A stretch of DNA of 64,000 nucleotides from Candidatus Rokuibacteriota bacterium. Lineage in GTDB: Bacteria > Methylomirabilota > Methylomirabilia > Rokubacteriales > CSP1-6. Positions within the stretch are counted from its first letter, which is position 1, and the number at the start of each line of letters is the position of its first letter. Of the stretch, positions 51,123-60,227 are shown piece after piece. The notes under the pieces are model-generated. The model searched no databases and had not been told where the DNA came from. It worked only from the letters and a program-made list of their open reading frames with translations. A program made the translations under genes and the position numbers. Location: NCBI GenBank assembly GCA_016184125.1, contig JACPDG010000057.1:11485-75484 (forward strand), given 5' to 3'.

Positions 51123-53181
51123 CGTCCGCGAGCGCGCCCGCCAGCTCCTCCCACTCCGACATGAGGCCGGCGAGGTCGCTCTCGGCGCTCTTCCGCTCCG
51201 CGAGCACCGCCCGCGCACGGTCGCCGTCCCGGTACAGCTCGGGCTCGGCCAGCATCCCCGAGATCTCGTCGAGGCGCGCCTCGAGCTCGGTGATGCGCCG
51301 CTCGACGGCGTCGAGCCGGACGCGCAAGCGCCGGACCTCGGCCGCGGATCGCCGCCGCTCGCGTGGCGTAGGACTGCCGTGCGCGCGGCGGGCGTCGGCC
51401 GCGGGCTCTGCGGCGCGCCGGCGCCACGCGACTCCGGTGTCGTCCGTCCCCGCCGGATCCTGCGACGCCGTGTCGGGAGCGGCCAGGCGTGCGCGCGCGT
51501 CGCGGTAGTCGTCGTACGTACCGGGGTACGACGTGAGCCGACCGTCCTCGATCTCCACCACGCGGCTCGCGATGCGGTTGATGAAGTAGCGGTCGTGCGA
51601 GATGAAGACGATCGTGCCTCCGAAATCGGCGAGCGCGTCCTCGAGGACCTCGCGGGACGCGAGGTCGAGATGGTTCGTCGGCTCGTCGAGGGCCAGCAGC
51701 GCGGCGGGGCGCACGAGCATGCGCGCCAGGGCGAGCCGGGCCTTCTCGCCACCCGAGAGCACCGCCACGCGCTTGTCGACGCTGTCGCCCGAGAAGAGGA
51801 AGCTCCCCAGGATCGTCCTGAGACGCGTCCGCCCGAGCTCGGGCGCCGCGCGCTCCATCTCCTCGTAGACGGTCCGCGACGGGTCGAGGGCCTCGAGCTG
51901 GTGCTGCGCGTAGTAGTGGATGGTGACGCCGAGCCCGAGCGTCCGCTCTCCCCGCTCGAACGGCAGCGTGCCGGCGAGCACGCGCAGCAGCGTCGACTTC
52001 CCGGCCCCGTTCGGCCCGACGAGCGCGACCGTCTCGCCGCGCTCGACCTCGAAGTCGACGCCGGCGTACACGACCCGGTCGCCGTACGCCTTGTGGAGCC
52101 CACGCAGCGTGAGGACCCGCCGGCCGGTCCGCGGTGCCTCCGGAAACGCGAAGCGGATCCGCCGCTGGGCCTCCGGCACCTCGACACGCTCCATCCGCTC
52201 GAGCATCTTGAGCCGGCTCTGGACCTGTCTCGCCTTCGTCGCCTTGTAGCGGAAGCGCTCCACGAACCGCTCGATCTCGGCGACGCGCTTCGCCTGGTTC
52301 GCCGCCTGCGCCTCGAGGAGCTGCCGGCGCGTCTCGCGCTCGACCAGGAAATCGTCGTAGTCGCCGGCGTAGACCGAGACGCCGCCCGGACCGAGGTCGG
52401 CGATCGACGTGACCATGCGGTTCAGGAAGTAGCGGTCGTGCGAGACCACGACCACGGTGCCGTCATAGCGCTCGAGAAAACTCTCGAGCCACCCGAGCGA
52501 GTCGAGATCCAGGTGGTTCGTCGGCTCGTCGAGCAACAGCAGCGACGGCCGCAGCAGCAGGAGGCGGGCCAGGGCCGCGCGCATCCGCCACCCGCCCGAG
52601 AACTCGGCCAGCGGGCGCGTCACCTCGGCGGGCGCGAAGCCGAGCCCGCCGAGGATCAGCCGCGCCCCGGTCTCGAGGCGATAGCCGCCGAGCGCGTCGA
52701 AACGCTGCTGCAGCTCTCCGTAGCGGGCGGTGAGCGCCTCGTCGGGGGCGCCGGCCAGGGCGGTGGCGACGACCTCGAGCTCGCGCTCGAGCTGCCACAC
52801 CTCGTCGAACCCGGACAGCGCCTCGCCGAGGACCGTGATCATGGGGGGACCATCGAAGCCCCCCAAGCCCCCCGCGCTCGGAGCGCCCCGGCCAAGCCGT
52901 GGCGCTCCTCGATCACCCGCTTGGTTCACGGGCTCGGTGACGGTGTGCGGCACGGCGCCGCCCGCGTCCTGCGGCAGGTACCCGACCGTCGTGGTTCGCG
53001 GCCGGCTGACCGCCCCGCTGTCCGGCGTCTCCTGCCCCGCCAGGATCCGGCAGAGCGTCGTCTTGCCCACGCCGTTCGGTCCGACGAGCCCGATCCGCTC
53101 GCCGTCGCCGATCCGCCACGAGAGGTCGCGGAAGAGCGTCTGCCCGCCGTAGGTCTTGGAGACGCCGTCGAGCTGGATCAT
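51115..53181 (-). CDS. ABC-F family ATPase (two ABC domains, EttA/Uup-like) carrying an in-frame repeat insertion
   Basis: MIQLDGVSKTYGG, two Walker A sites (GLVGPNGVGKTT; ALVGPNGAGKST), two signatures (FSGGWRMRAALARLL; LSGGEKARLALARML) and a coiled C-terminus. Residues NQAGDRGAPRLGRGAPSAGGLGGFDGPPMITV are encoded by a GC-hairpin repeat copy. Confidence 0.85.
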   Translation of the reverse strand: MIQLDGVSKTYGGQTLFRDLSWRIGDGERIGLVGPNGVGKTTLCRILAGQETPDSGAVSRPRTTTVGYLPQDAGGAVPHTVTEPVNQAGDRGAPRLGRGAPSAGGLGGFDGPPMITVLGEALSGFDEVWQLERELEVVATALAGAPDEALTARYGELQQRFDALGGYRLETGARLILGGLGFAPAEVTRPLAEFSGGWRMRAALARLLLLRPSLLLLDEPTNHLDLDSLGWLESFLERYDGTVVVVSHDRYFLNRMVTSIADLGPGGVSVYAGDYDDFLVERETRRQLLEAQAANQAKRVAEIERFVERFRYKATKARQVQSRLKMLERMERVEVPEAQRRIRFAFPEAPRTGRRVLTLRGLHKAYGDRVVYAGVDFEVERGETVALVGPNGAGKSTLLRVLAGTLPFERGERTLGLGVTIHYYAQHQLEALDPSRTVYEEMERAAPELGRTRLRTILGSFLFSGDSVDKRVAVLSGGEKARLALARMLVRPAALLALDEPTNHLDLASREVLEDALADFGGTIVFISHDRYFINRIASRVVEIEDGRLTSYPGTYDDYRDARARLAAPDTASQDPAGTDDTGVAWRRRAAEPAADARRAHGSPTPRERRRSAAEVRRLRVRLDAVERRITELEARLDEISGMLAEPELYRDGDRARAVLAERKSAESDLAGLMSEWEELAGALADDA
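52836..52941. repeat. GC-hairpin repeat copy R6, inserted in frame within the ABC-F coding sequence
   Basis: GTGATCATGGGGGGACCATCGAAGCCCCCCAAGCCCCCCGCGCTCGGAGCGCCCCGGCCAAGCCGTGGCGCTCCTCGATCACCCGCTTGGTTCACGGGCTCGGTGAC. Confidence 0.75.
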
Positions 53182-53585
53182 CCCATCGTCTGCAGACGCT
53201 CGGGGACGATCTTCACCATCACGCGCACCTCGCCCGGACGCTTCCAGGGATACCGGTCCTGACCGATGTACTTCTTCGCGAGCGCGTCGATGTGCTCGTC
53301 GGCGCCGCGCTCGGTCATCTCGGCGACGCGGCCCTGCACCTGCACGTAGCGGTAGGGGTTGTCGGGATCCTGGATCGACAGCGCGATCCGCGGGTTCTTC
53401 TGGAGATTGCGGTCCTTCACACGGCCGCGCGCGGTGTTGATCCGGATGTGGGTGCCGTCCCAGTCGAGCCACACCGGCGTGACCTGCGGCTGGGCGCCGC
53501 CCGCCGTGGTCGCCAGGTGCGCGAACGCCTTCTTGGTGGTGAACAGATCTCGGAACTCCTCCGGAATCGTCGTCGCCATCGTCAC
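53178..53585 (-). CDS. Pyridoxamine 5'-phosphate oxidase family protein (FMN/F420-binding split barrel)
   Basis: FAHLATTAGGAQPQVTPVWL..IRINTARGRVKDRNLQKNPRIALSI is the PPOX-like pattern. 135 aa. The stop overlaps the ABC-F start (ATGA). Confidence 0.75.
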   Translation of the reverse strand: MTMATTIPEEFRDLFTTKKAFAHLATTAGGAQPQVTPVWLDWDGTHIRINTARGRVKDRNLQKNPRIALSIQDPDNPYRYVQVQGRVAEMTERGADEHIDALAKKYIGQDRYPWKRPGEVRVMVKIVPERLQTMG

Positions 53586-53596
53586 TTCCCTCCTGG

Positions 53597-53712
53597 TCTG
53601 AAATCATGGGGGGACTATCGAAGCCCCCCAAGCCCCCCAATCGCTCGCACGCGCCCCGGGGGACCCGGGGCGCGGCTCGGCTATCGGGTTCGTTCACCGG
53701 CCCTCAGCTGCT
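53597..53712. repeat. GC-hairpin repeat copy R7
   Basis: TCTGAAATCATGGGGGGACTATCGAAGCCCCCCAAGCCCCCCAATCGCTCG..CCCCGGGGGACCCGGGG... Confidence 0.65.
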
Positions 53713-54031
53713 CCAGCACGCTGAACGCGTGGCGTACGGACTTCGCGGAGAGCGATCCGGACATCAGCAGCGCGATGTCGAGCGTCTCGGCGATCTCCTG
53801 GTCGGTCGCCCCCTGGTCGAGGACCTCCTCGACGCGATGGTCCACTCAGTCGAAACAGTTCTGCGAGACCGCGATCGCGAGCGCGGTCAGCTCCTTGTGC
53901 TTCTTCGACAGCGCCCCGTCGGCGTACACCTGCTTGCCGAGCTCGCCGAACGCGGCGAACACCTTCATCGGCGACGTGACGACGAGACCGTTGACGCGGC
54001 GCTTCTCCCGGTTGCGTTCGTGGACGTGCAT
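53681..54031 (-). pseudogene. AhpD/carboxymuconolactone-decarboxylase-family gene interrupted by an in-frame TGA at the CxxC site and a 1-nt frameshift (Sec candidate or pseudogene)
   Basis: N-terminal frame: ..HKELTALAIAVSQNCFD-TGA-VDHRVEEV. A -1 shift then gives LDQGATDQEIAETLDIALLMSG..RAGERTR-stop. Reconstructed, this reads C-F-D-[TGA]-V-D-H with the spacing of AhpD CxxCxxH. The RBS GAGAGGAGA precedes ATG 54031. Confidence 0.5.
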
Positions 54032-54050
54032 GGCTTGCTGTCTCCTCTCG

Positions 54051-54097
54051 GTTCGTGGAAACCATCGGCCGCGAAGGCGGTCGATGGTTTCGCGAAC
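54051..54097. repeat. P2-like palindromic element, copy 2 (hybrid P2 left arm / P1-like right arm)
   Basis: GTTCGTGGAAACCATCGGCCGCG-AA-GGCGGTCGATGGTTTCGCGAAC, followed by TCTCAG. It lies between the 54100..54606 gene end and the AhpD-like gene RBS. Confidence 0.7.
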
Positions 54098-54099
54098 TC

Positions 54100-54606
54100 T
54101 CAGCGGCCCTTCTGCGTGCTCAGCTCCGCCGCCCGCGCCTCGGCCATGCCGCGCAGGGCGAAGAGCACGCGCACGAGGCACTGCTGGACGAGGAGCGCGT
54201 CCTGCGTGAACGGATCGGCCAGCCAATCGCGTGCCCAGCCGGGCTTCTCGCTCGCGAAGCCGAGCGTCGGCGAGAGCGATTGCAGGCGCAGCAGCAGGTC
54301 GTCGGGCGGCAGGCCGCTGGCGCGCAGCCGCGCCACCACCGCCGCCCGCACCGCCGCGTTCCAGACGCCCGTGAGCCCCTCGAGGAGCGCCTGGTAACAG
54401 GTCAGATCGGCCTTCGACTGCAGGTGCTGCAGCACCGCGGGGACGAGCGCGTTGACGGTCGCGTTGCCTTCGTCGTCCTGGCCGAAGAGCGGTCCGATGA
54501 CCGGATCCTTCTCCGGCGCGGGCAGGTGCTCGAGCAGCGCGACGGCCGCGGCGGCCGGGGTCGGCGGGAGCCGGGCGAGTCTCTCGAGCAACGGGACGTC
54601 CGCCAT
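54100..54606 (-). CDS. Hypothetical protein
   Basis: The ATG (MADVPLLERLARLPP..) is preceded by GGAGGGAGG. 168 aa, no recognised domain. Confidence 0.45.
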   Translation of the reverse strand: MADVPLLERLARLPPTPAAAAVALLEHLPAPEKDPVIGPLFGQDDEGNATVNALVPAVLQHLQSKADLTCYQALLEGLTGVWNAAVRAAVVARLRASGLPPDDLLLRLQSLSPTLGFASEKPGWARDWLADPFTQDALLVQQCLVRVLFALRGMAEARAAELSTQKGR

Positions 54607-54607
54607 G

Positions 54608-56080
54608 TCAGCGCCTCCCTCCATCGACGCCCGTGGGTCGCGGGACGCCGATCTCGGCCCCGGCGCGGACACCCGCCCCGGGACGCGCCGGCGCGCCGGA
54701 AGCGCCGCCTCGCGCGAGGTCCTGAGCCCGGCCGCCGGGGACGAGGAACGCCGACGCGAGCGCGACGACGGCGACGCCGAGCCCGACGACGAAGACGCCG
54801 TGCAGCGCATCGCTCATGTCGAGCCCACTCGCGAGCCGGCGTCCCATGACCGCGCCCATGAGCGAGATCCCGATCGCGCCGCCGATCGTCCGGAAGAACT
54901 GCGTCATCGACGTCGCGGTGCCGAGCTCGCTGCGCTCGACGGCGCTCTGGACCGCAATCAGCATCGGCACCATGGTGAGCCCCATGCCGACGCCGCCGAC
55001 GAGCGCGTCGCGCATCGCCGCGGGCAGCGTGAGCGACGGCGACCAGCGCGACAGCAGCACGAAGCCGCCGACCAGACACGCCATGCCCGCGACGACGAGC
55101 CCGCGGTATCCGACGCGGAGGACGAGCCGCGCGCTGACGATCGACATGACCACCCAGCCGAGCACGAACGGGATGAGCACGATGCCGGCACCGGTCGCCG
55201 TCATCCCGCCGACCGCCTGTAGGAAGAGCGGCACGAACTGGATCGCGCCGAACATCGCCATGCCGGCGAGAAACCCCGTCGCCGATGCGGCGAGCACCAT
55301 GCGGTTCGTGAACAGCCTGAGCGGAACGATCGGCTCGGCCGCCCGGCGCTCCACACCGACGAAGCCGGCGAGCGCGGCGAACGCGACGGCCCCGGCGCCG
55401 ACGACGGCAGGTCCTCCGGACGGTTGCGTCCTCGTCGCCTCGAGCGCGAGCAGCAGCGCCGAGACCCCCGTGGTGAACAGCGCGATGCCCGCGTAGTCGA
55501 TGGCCGCCCTCCGCCGCGAGGACCGGTCCTCGCGGAGCGCCGAGACGACGAGCGCGATCGCGATCACGCCGAACGGCAGGTTGATGTAGAACACCCACCG
55601 CCAGGAGACGTGGTCGGTCAGCAGGCCGCCGATGAGCGGCCCGAGCAGCGACGCGATGCCCCACACGCCCGACAGGTAGCCTTGCATGCGGGCGCGGCGC
55701 TCGAGGCCGTAGAGCTCGCCGACGATCGTCATCCCGATCGTCATGAGGCTTCCCGCGCCAAGCCCCTGGATCATGCGGAAGCCGATGAGCTGGCCCATGG
55801 TCTGCGCCGCGCCAGAGAGCGCCGAACCGAGCAGGAACACGATGACCCCGATGACGTAGATCGGCCGGCGACCGTAAAGATCCGACAGCCGGCCCCAGAG
55901 CGGCATCATGACGGTCGCCGTCAGCAGGAAGCCGGATCCGACCCAGGAGTAGATCTCGATCCCGCCGAGGCTCCCGACGGCGTTCGGCATCGCCGTCGCG
56001 ACCACGGTCGACTCCATCGCCGCAAGGAAGATCGTCATCATCACGCCCGCGAGGGCGCGGCCCTTCTTCGTTCCCTCCAT
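54608..56080 (-). CDS. MFS transporter, DHA2 (EmrB/QacA-like, 14 TMS) family
   Basis: GRLSDLYGRRP, the LGPLIGGLLTD motif and 14 predicted TM segments. Length 490 aa. Confidence 0.8.
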   Translation of the reverse strand: MEGTKKGRALAGVMMTIFLAAMESTVVATAMPNAVGSLGGIEIYSWVGSGFLLTATVMMPLWGRLSDLYGRRPIYVIGVIVFLLGSALSGAAQTMGQLIGFRMIQGLGAGSLMTIGMTIVGELYGLERRARMQGYLSGVWGIASLLGPLIGGLLTDHVSWRWVFYINLPFGVIAIALVVSALREDRSSRRRAAIDYAGIALFTTGVSALLLALEATRTQPSGGPAVVGAGAVAFAALAGFVGVERRAAEPIVPLRLFTNRMVLAASATGFLAGMAMFGAIQFVPLFLQAVGGMTATGAGIVLIPFVLGWVVMSIVSARLVLRVGYRGLVVAGMACLVGGFVLLSRWSPSLTLPAAMRDALVGGVGMGLTMVPMLIAVQSAVERSELGTATSMTQFFRTIGGAIGISLMGAVMGRRLASGLDMSDALHGVFVVGLGVAVVALASAFLVPGGRAQDLARGGASGAPARPGAGVRAGAEIGVPRPTGVDGGRR

Positions 56081-56082
56081 CA

Positions 56083-56406
56083 GTGGCCGCCGGTGCACGC
56101 CGCACAGCGGCACAGCGCGCGCAGGTCGGGGTACGCGTAGAGGCTCTCGTGCCCGTCGGACCAGCGCACGCGCACGCCGCGGTCGACGCGCGCGACCTCG
56201 GCCGGCCACGCCATGTCGCGCGTCACGTCCTCGAGCGTCGCGCAGCCGCCGCAGCCGCAATCGCGACGCAAGCGCTCGAACGGATAGATGCTGCCGTGCT
56301 GGTCCGCCCAGTCGACGCCGAGCGCGTAGCGGCCGACGAAGTGCACGTCCTTCGGCACGTCCGGGTCGGGCTGACCGAGGAGCGGCAGCCTCACCTTGCG
56401 GTCCAT
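56083..56406 (-). CDS. DUF971 domain protein
   Basis: 108 aa with a conserved Cys cluster (DCGCGGCA..LCRCAACTGGH), as recalled for DUF971. Confidence 0.6.
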
Positions 56407-56515
56407 GTGTTCATGGGGGGACTATCGAAGCCCCCCAAGCCCCCCGCGCTCGGAAGCGCCCCGGCACAGCCGGGGCGCTCCTCGACAGCCGTTGCGTTCA
56501 CGAACGTTCATCCAG
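56407..56515. repeat. GC-hairpin repeat copy R8, between the alkA stop and the DUF971 start
   Basis: GTGTTCATGGGGGGACTATCGAAGCCCCCCAAGCCCCCCGCGCTCGGAAGCGCCCCGGCACAGCCGGGGCGCTCCTCGACAGCCGTTGCGTTCACGAACGTTCATCC. Confidence 0.7.
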
Positions 56516-57425
56516 CGGTCCCGGCCGGCAGGCCGAGGCGCAGCCCGGCGAGCAGGTAATGGACCGCGAGATTGCGGTAGGGGCCCCACGCGCGCGCCCG
56601 GCGTCTCACGGCGTCCTCGCTCAGGGCACGACCGCGGCCGTCGTAGCGCTCGAACGCGCGCCGCACGCCGAGGTCGCCGGCCGGGCAGACGTCGCCGCGG
56701 CCCAGGCACCGTGCCAGGTACCACTCCGCCGTCCACCGGCCCAGCCCGCGGAGCCCGGTGATCCGATCGACGACGACGTCGTTCGTCGCCGCCGTGAACG
56801 CATCGACGTCGAGCGCGCCGTCGACGACCGCGCGCCCGAGGTCGCGGATGTACTCCGCCTTCCGCGTGGAGAACTTCATCGCGCGCAGCTCGCTCACCCG
56901 GCTCGCGGCCAGGGCCGCGGCGTCGGGGAAGGCGTAGACGCTGTCGCCGTCGACGGCCACCGGCGTGCCGTACCGCGTGACGAGGCGGGCGCGGCACGCG
57001 AAGGCGAACGCCAGGTTCACCTGCTGCGCGGTGATGGAGCCGACGATCATCTCGAGACCATTCGGCGCGAGCGTGGGCCGCATGCCGTGGAGCGGCACGA
57101 CCAGCCCGGCGAGCATCCGGTCGCTCTTCGCGAAGCGGTAGAACCCTTCGAGGTCGAAGCCGAGGCCGAAGATCTTCTCGACCTCGGCACGCACCGCGTC
57201 CTCGACGCGGGACGACCGGGCGCCGGGGACCGTGACGTCGAGCCGCACGTCGTCCACCGGTCCGCGCCAGCGTGCTTCCCAGAGCCAGAGCCGGCCGTCC
57301 AGGCGGAGCACTCGACGGAAGATGCCGTCGCCGACCCGGTTCGCGGGGTCGTCGCCCCAGACGTGGTAGCGCGCCAGTGTCGCCCCGACGTCGAGTGGAC
57401 CGTTCACAGGCAGGACGAATCTCAT
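56508..57425 (-). CDS. alkA: DNA-3-methyladenine glycosylase II (HhH-GPD superfamily)
   Basis: AlkA N-terminal domain plus HhH-GPD (VDRITGLRGLGRWTAEWYLARCLGRGDVCPAGDLGVRRA). Confidence 0.8.
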   Translation of the reverse strand: MRFVLPVNGPLDVGATLARYHVWGDDPANRVGDGIFRRVLRLDGRLWLWEARWRGPVDDVRLDVTVPGARSSRVEDAVRAEVEKIFGLGFDLEGFYRFAKSDRMLAGLVVPLHGMRPTLAPNGLEMIVGSITAQQVNLAFAFACRARLVTRYGTPVAVDGDSVYAFPDAAALAASRVSELRAMKFSTRKAEYIRDLGRAVVDGALDVDAFTAATNDVVVDRITGLRGLGRWTAEWYLARCLGRGDVCPAGDLGVRRAFERYDGRGRALSEDAVRRRARAWGPYRNLAVHYLLAGLRLGLPAGTAG

Positions 57426-57496
57426 CGGGGGATCACGCAGCGGTTCAGTGTACCAGACGTTGTCCGATCGCCCCGAGTCGGCTACCCTGGGGCGCC

Positions 57497-58282
57497 ATGA
57501 CGGCCGTCCTCGACGAGACGCTCGACCACGTCGCCATCCTGACGCTGAACCGGCCGGACACGCTGAACGCGCTCACCCCCGACACGGCGCGCGAGCTCGG
57601 CGAGCACCTCGAGCGCGCCGCGGCGGACCCGGTCGTCCGCGCGGTGGTCGTGACGGGCGCCGGCTCGGCGTTCTCCGCGGGCGGTGACATCCGGTTCCTC
57701 GAAGCGCTCCCGAGCCTGCCGGTCACCGAGCTCGCCGAGGTCGTGTACCGCGCCTTCCAGCGTCCCATCCGCGCGATGCGGAGCATGGAGAAGCCCGTCA
57801 TCGCGGCGGTGAACGGTGCGGCCGTCGGCGCCGGGTGCGAGCTCGCGATCGCGGCGGACTTCAGGATCGCGTCGACCGCCGCGCGGTTCGGCGAGGTCTG
57901 GATCAGGCTCGGGTGCATCCCGGCACTCGGCGGCATGTTCCTGCTGCCGCGGCTCGTGGGGCTCGGGCGGGCGACCGAGATGATCATGACCGGCGAGATC
58001 GTCGAGGCCGAGGAGGCTCGCCGCATCGGTCTGGTCGGCCGCGTCGTCGCGCCGGATGCGCTCCGTGACGCCGCGCTGGACCTCGCGCGCCGGCTGGCGG
58101 CCGGCCCGACGCGCGCGCTCGCCGCCGCGAAGGCCGCGCTCAACCGCGGGCTGTCATCGAACCTGTGGGCCGAGCTCGAGTCGACGGTGCCGCTCCAGCT
58201 CTCCTGCTTCGCGACGCGCGACTTCGCCGAGGGCGTTCGCGCGCTCGCGGAGCGCCGTCCGCCGCGCTTCACCGGCGGCTGA
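57497..58282 (+). CDS. Enoyl-CoA hydratase/isomerase family protein
   Basis: ILTLNRPDTLNAL..VVTGAGSAFSAGGDI..AAVNGAAVGAGCELAIAADFRIA are crotonase-fold motifs. Confidence 0.85.
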   Translation: MTAVLDETLDHVAILTLNRPDTLNALTPDTARELGEHLERAAADPVVRAVVVTGAGSAFSAGGDIRFLEALPSLPVTELAEVVYRAFQRPIRAMRSMEKPVIAAVNGAAVGAGCELAIAADFRIASTAARFGEVWIRLGCIPALGGMFLLPRLVGLGRATEMIMTGEIVEAEEARRIGLVGRVVAPDALRDAALDLARRLAAGPTRALAAAKAALNRGLSSNLWAELESTVPLQLSCFATRDFAEGVRALAERRPPRFTGG

Positions 58283-58285
58283 TCC

Positions 58286-58332
58286 GACGTCATGGGGGGA
58301 CTATCGAAGCCCCCCACGACGTCGGTTCGCGC
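58286..58332. repeat. Minimal GC-hairpin repeat copy R9 (first hairpin module only, flanked by the inverted CCGACGTC/GACGTCGG)
   Basis: CCGACGTCATGGGGGGACTATCGAAGCCCCCCACGACGTCGG. Confidence 0.6.
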
Positions 58333-58341
58333 GCTCTGAGA

Positions 58342-58388
58342 GTTCGAGCAACAATCGACCGCCGCGGCGGTCGGTTGTTGCTCGAACT
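58342..58388. repeat. P1 palindromic element, copy 3 (convergent intergenic region)
   Basis: GTTCGAGCAACAATCGACCGCC-GCGG-CGGTCGGTTGTTGCTCGAAC, preceded by CTCTGAGA. Confidence 0.8.
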
Positions 58389-58406
58389 GAGTCGTCCGTC
58401 TCGACC

Positions 58407-60227
58407 TCAGTGCCGGAGGTGGTACGGGACGTCGGTGACGATGACGTTCTTCCTGAAGAGGAGCGAGCCCTTGATCAGGAGCGCCGTCTGGTTGTGCATG
58501 AGGTGCTGCCACCACCGCGCAGGAATGAACTCGGGCAGGACGATCGTGACCACGTGGTGCTCGTCCCGTTGCTGCAGGTGATCGATGTACTCGAACAGCG
58601 GCCCGAGCAGCGACCGATAGGGTGAGGTCAGCACGATCAGCGGTACGCCCATCCCCCACTTCCCCCAGCGCTCCTCGAGCCGTCGTGTCTGCTCCGGGTC
58701 CGTCTCGACGTAGACCGCCTTCGCCGATGGCGAGAGTGTCTGCGCGTACTGCAGCGCGCGGACGACACCGCGGTGGAGGTCACCCACGAGGACCAGCACG
58801 GTGTGGCTGATGGGCGGCGGCGGAGCGAAATCTTCCAGGGACAGCTGCACGGCGACGTCCCTGTAGTGGTGGCGCGTCATGAGGAACGTCACGACGAGGG
58901 TCGGGATCAGGGCGATGACGATCCACGCCCCCTCGATGAACTTCGTCACCACCAGCGTGAGCAGCACCATCCCGGTGACGGTCGCGCCCACGGCGCTGAA
59001 CCAGATCCGCCACCACCACCCCTCCTCGCGCAGGCGCAGCGAGCGCCGGACCATGCCGCTCTGGGAGACGGTGAAGGAGATGAAGACGCCGATCGCGTAG
59101 AGCGGCAGGAGCGCGTGAGTGTCGCCCTGGAAGCCGATCAGCAGCAGGATGGCGAGGCCGGCCAGGATGACGATCCCGTTCGAGAAGACGAGCCGATCGC
59201 CCTGGGCGCGGAACTGTCGCGGCATGAAGCCGTCCCGGGCCATGAAGAACGACAGCCGCGGGAAGTCGGCGAACGACGTGTTGGCCGCGAGGAGAAGGAT
59301 CAGCATGGTGACGGCCTGGATCTCGAAGTAGAAGAAGCCCCCGCCGAAGACGCGCCGCGCGATTTTCGAGACCACCGTCTCGTTGGCGCTCGGAACGATG
59401 CCGAAATCGAAGGCGAGGTACGTGATGCCGAGGAACATGGTGACCGTCATGGCGCCGAGCCAGGCCATCACGGTCCGCGCGTTCTGAGCCTCCGGCGGCC
59501 TGAACGCCGGGACGCCGTCCGAGACCGCCTCGATGCCCGTGAGGGCGGTGCAGCCGGCCGCGAACGCGCGGAGGAGGAGGAACAAGCCGATGCCCTCGAG
59601 ACCCGGCGGGTGCGGCTCGTAGGGCGCCTCGGGCAACCAGCCCAAGGCCGTGCTCACGAGCCCGTACGCCACCATGCCGAGGACGCTGACCACGAACACG
59701 TAGGTCGGCAGGGCGAAGAGCCGGCCGGATTCGCGGACGCCGCGCAGGTTGGCGAGGGCGACGCCGATCACGGCGCCCACGCAGAGGGCCACGCGAAACG
59801 GGAACAGCTCCGGGATCGCCGACGTGACGGCCGCGACGCCGGCCGCCACGCTGACCGCGACCGTGAGCACGTAGTCCGTCAGCAGCGCGGCGCCAGCGAT
59901 CAGTGACGGGAAGACGCCGAGGTTGTCCTTCGCGACGATGTAGGCGCCACCGCCGTGCGGGTAGGCGCGGATCGTCTGCCGGTAGGAGGCGATGACGATC
60001 AGGATCAACGCCGCGATGCCGGCCGCGATGGGCAGCGAGTAGCTGAGGGCAAGGGCGCCAGCCAGGATCAGGACGTGGAGGATTTCCTCGGTCGCGTAGG
60101 CGTTGGACGACAGCGGGTCGGACGCGAAGATCGCGAGGCCGGTCGCCCTGCCGAGACGCTCGTGCCGCGACTGCGCGGTGGGGAGGGGCCGGCCGACGAC
60201 GAACCGCTTGAGCGAGTAGAGTCTCAT
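58407..60227 (-). CDS. APC-superfamily amino-acid permease with C-terminal cytoplasmic domain
   Basis: 12 or more TM segments with an APC N-terminal pattern (TGLAIFASDPLSSNAYATEEI), followed by a soluble domain of about 130 aa. Length 606 aa. Confidence 0.85.
   Translation of the reverse strand: MRLYSLKRFVVGRPLPTAQSRHERLGRATGLAIFASDPLSSNAYATEEILHVLILAGALALSYSLPIAAGIAALILIVIASYRQTIRAYPHGGGAYIVAKDNLGVFPSLIAGAALLTDYVLTVAVSVAAGVAAVTSAIPELFPFRVALCVGAVIGVALANLRGVRESGRLFALPTYVFVVSVLGMVAYGLVSTALGWLPEAPYEPHPPGLEGIGLFLLLRAFAAGCTALTGIEAVSDGVPAFRPPEAQNARTVMAWLGAMTVTMFLGITYLAFDFGIVPSANETVVSKIARRVFGGGFFYFEIQAVTMLILLLAANTSFADFPRLSFFMARDGFMPRQFRAQGDRLVFSNGIVILAGLAILLLIGFQGDTHALLPLYAIGVFISFTVSQSGMVRRSLRLREEGWWWRIWFSAVGATVTGMVLLTLVVTKFIEGAWIVIALIPTLVVTFLMTRHHYRDVAVQLSLEDFAPPPPISHTVLVLVGDLHRGVVRALQYAQTLSPSAKAVYVETDPEQTRRLEERWGKWGMGVPLIVLTSPYRSLLGPLFEYIDHLQQRDEHHVVTIVLPEFIPARWWQHLMHNQTALLIKGSLLFRKNVIVTDVPYHLRH

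Noticed and set aside
53846-54226. Upstream extension of the AhpD-like ORF (MAGRSVHAGRAPRPAV.. from 54226)
   Set aside because: The N-terminal 65 residues are Arg/Ala/Pro/Gly low complexity and overlap the P2-like palindrome and the end of the upstream gene. The internal ATG at 54031, with the GAGAGGAGA RBS, gives a protein of the normal AhpD-like length.
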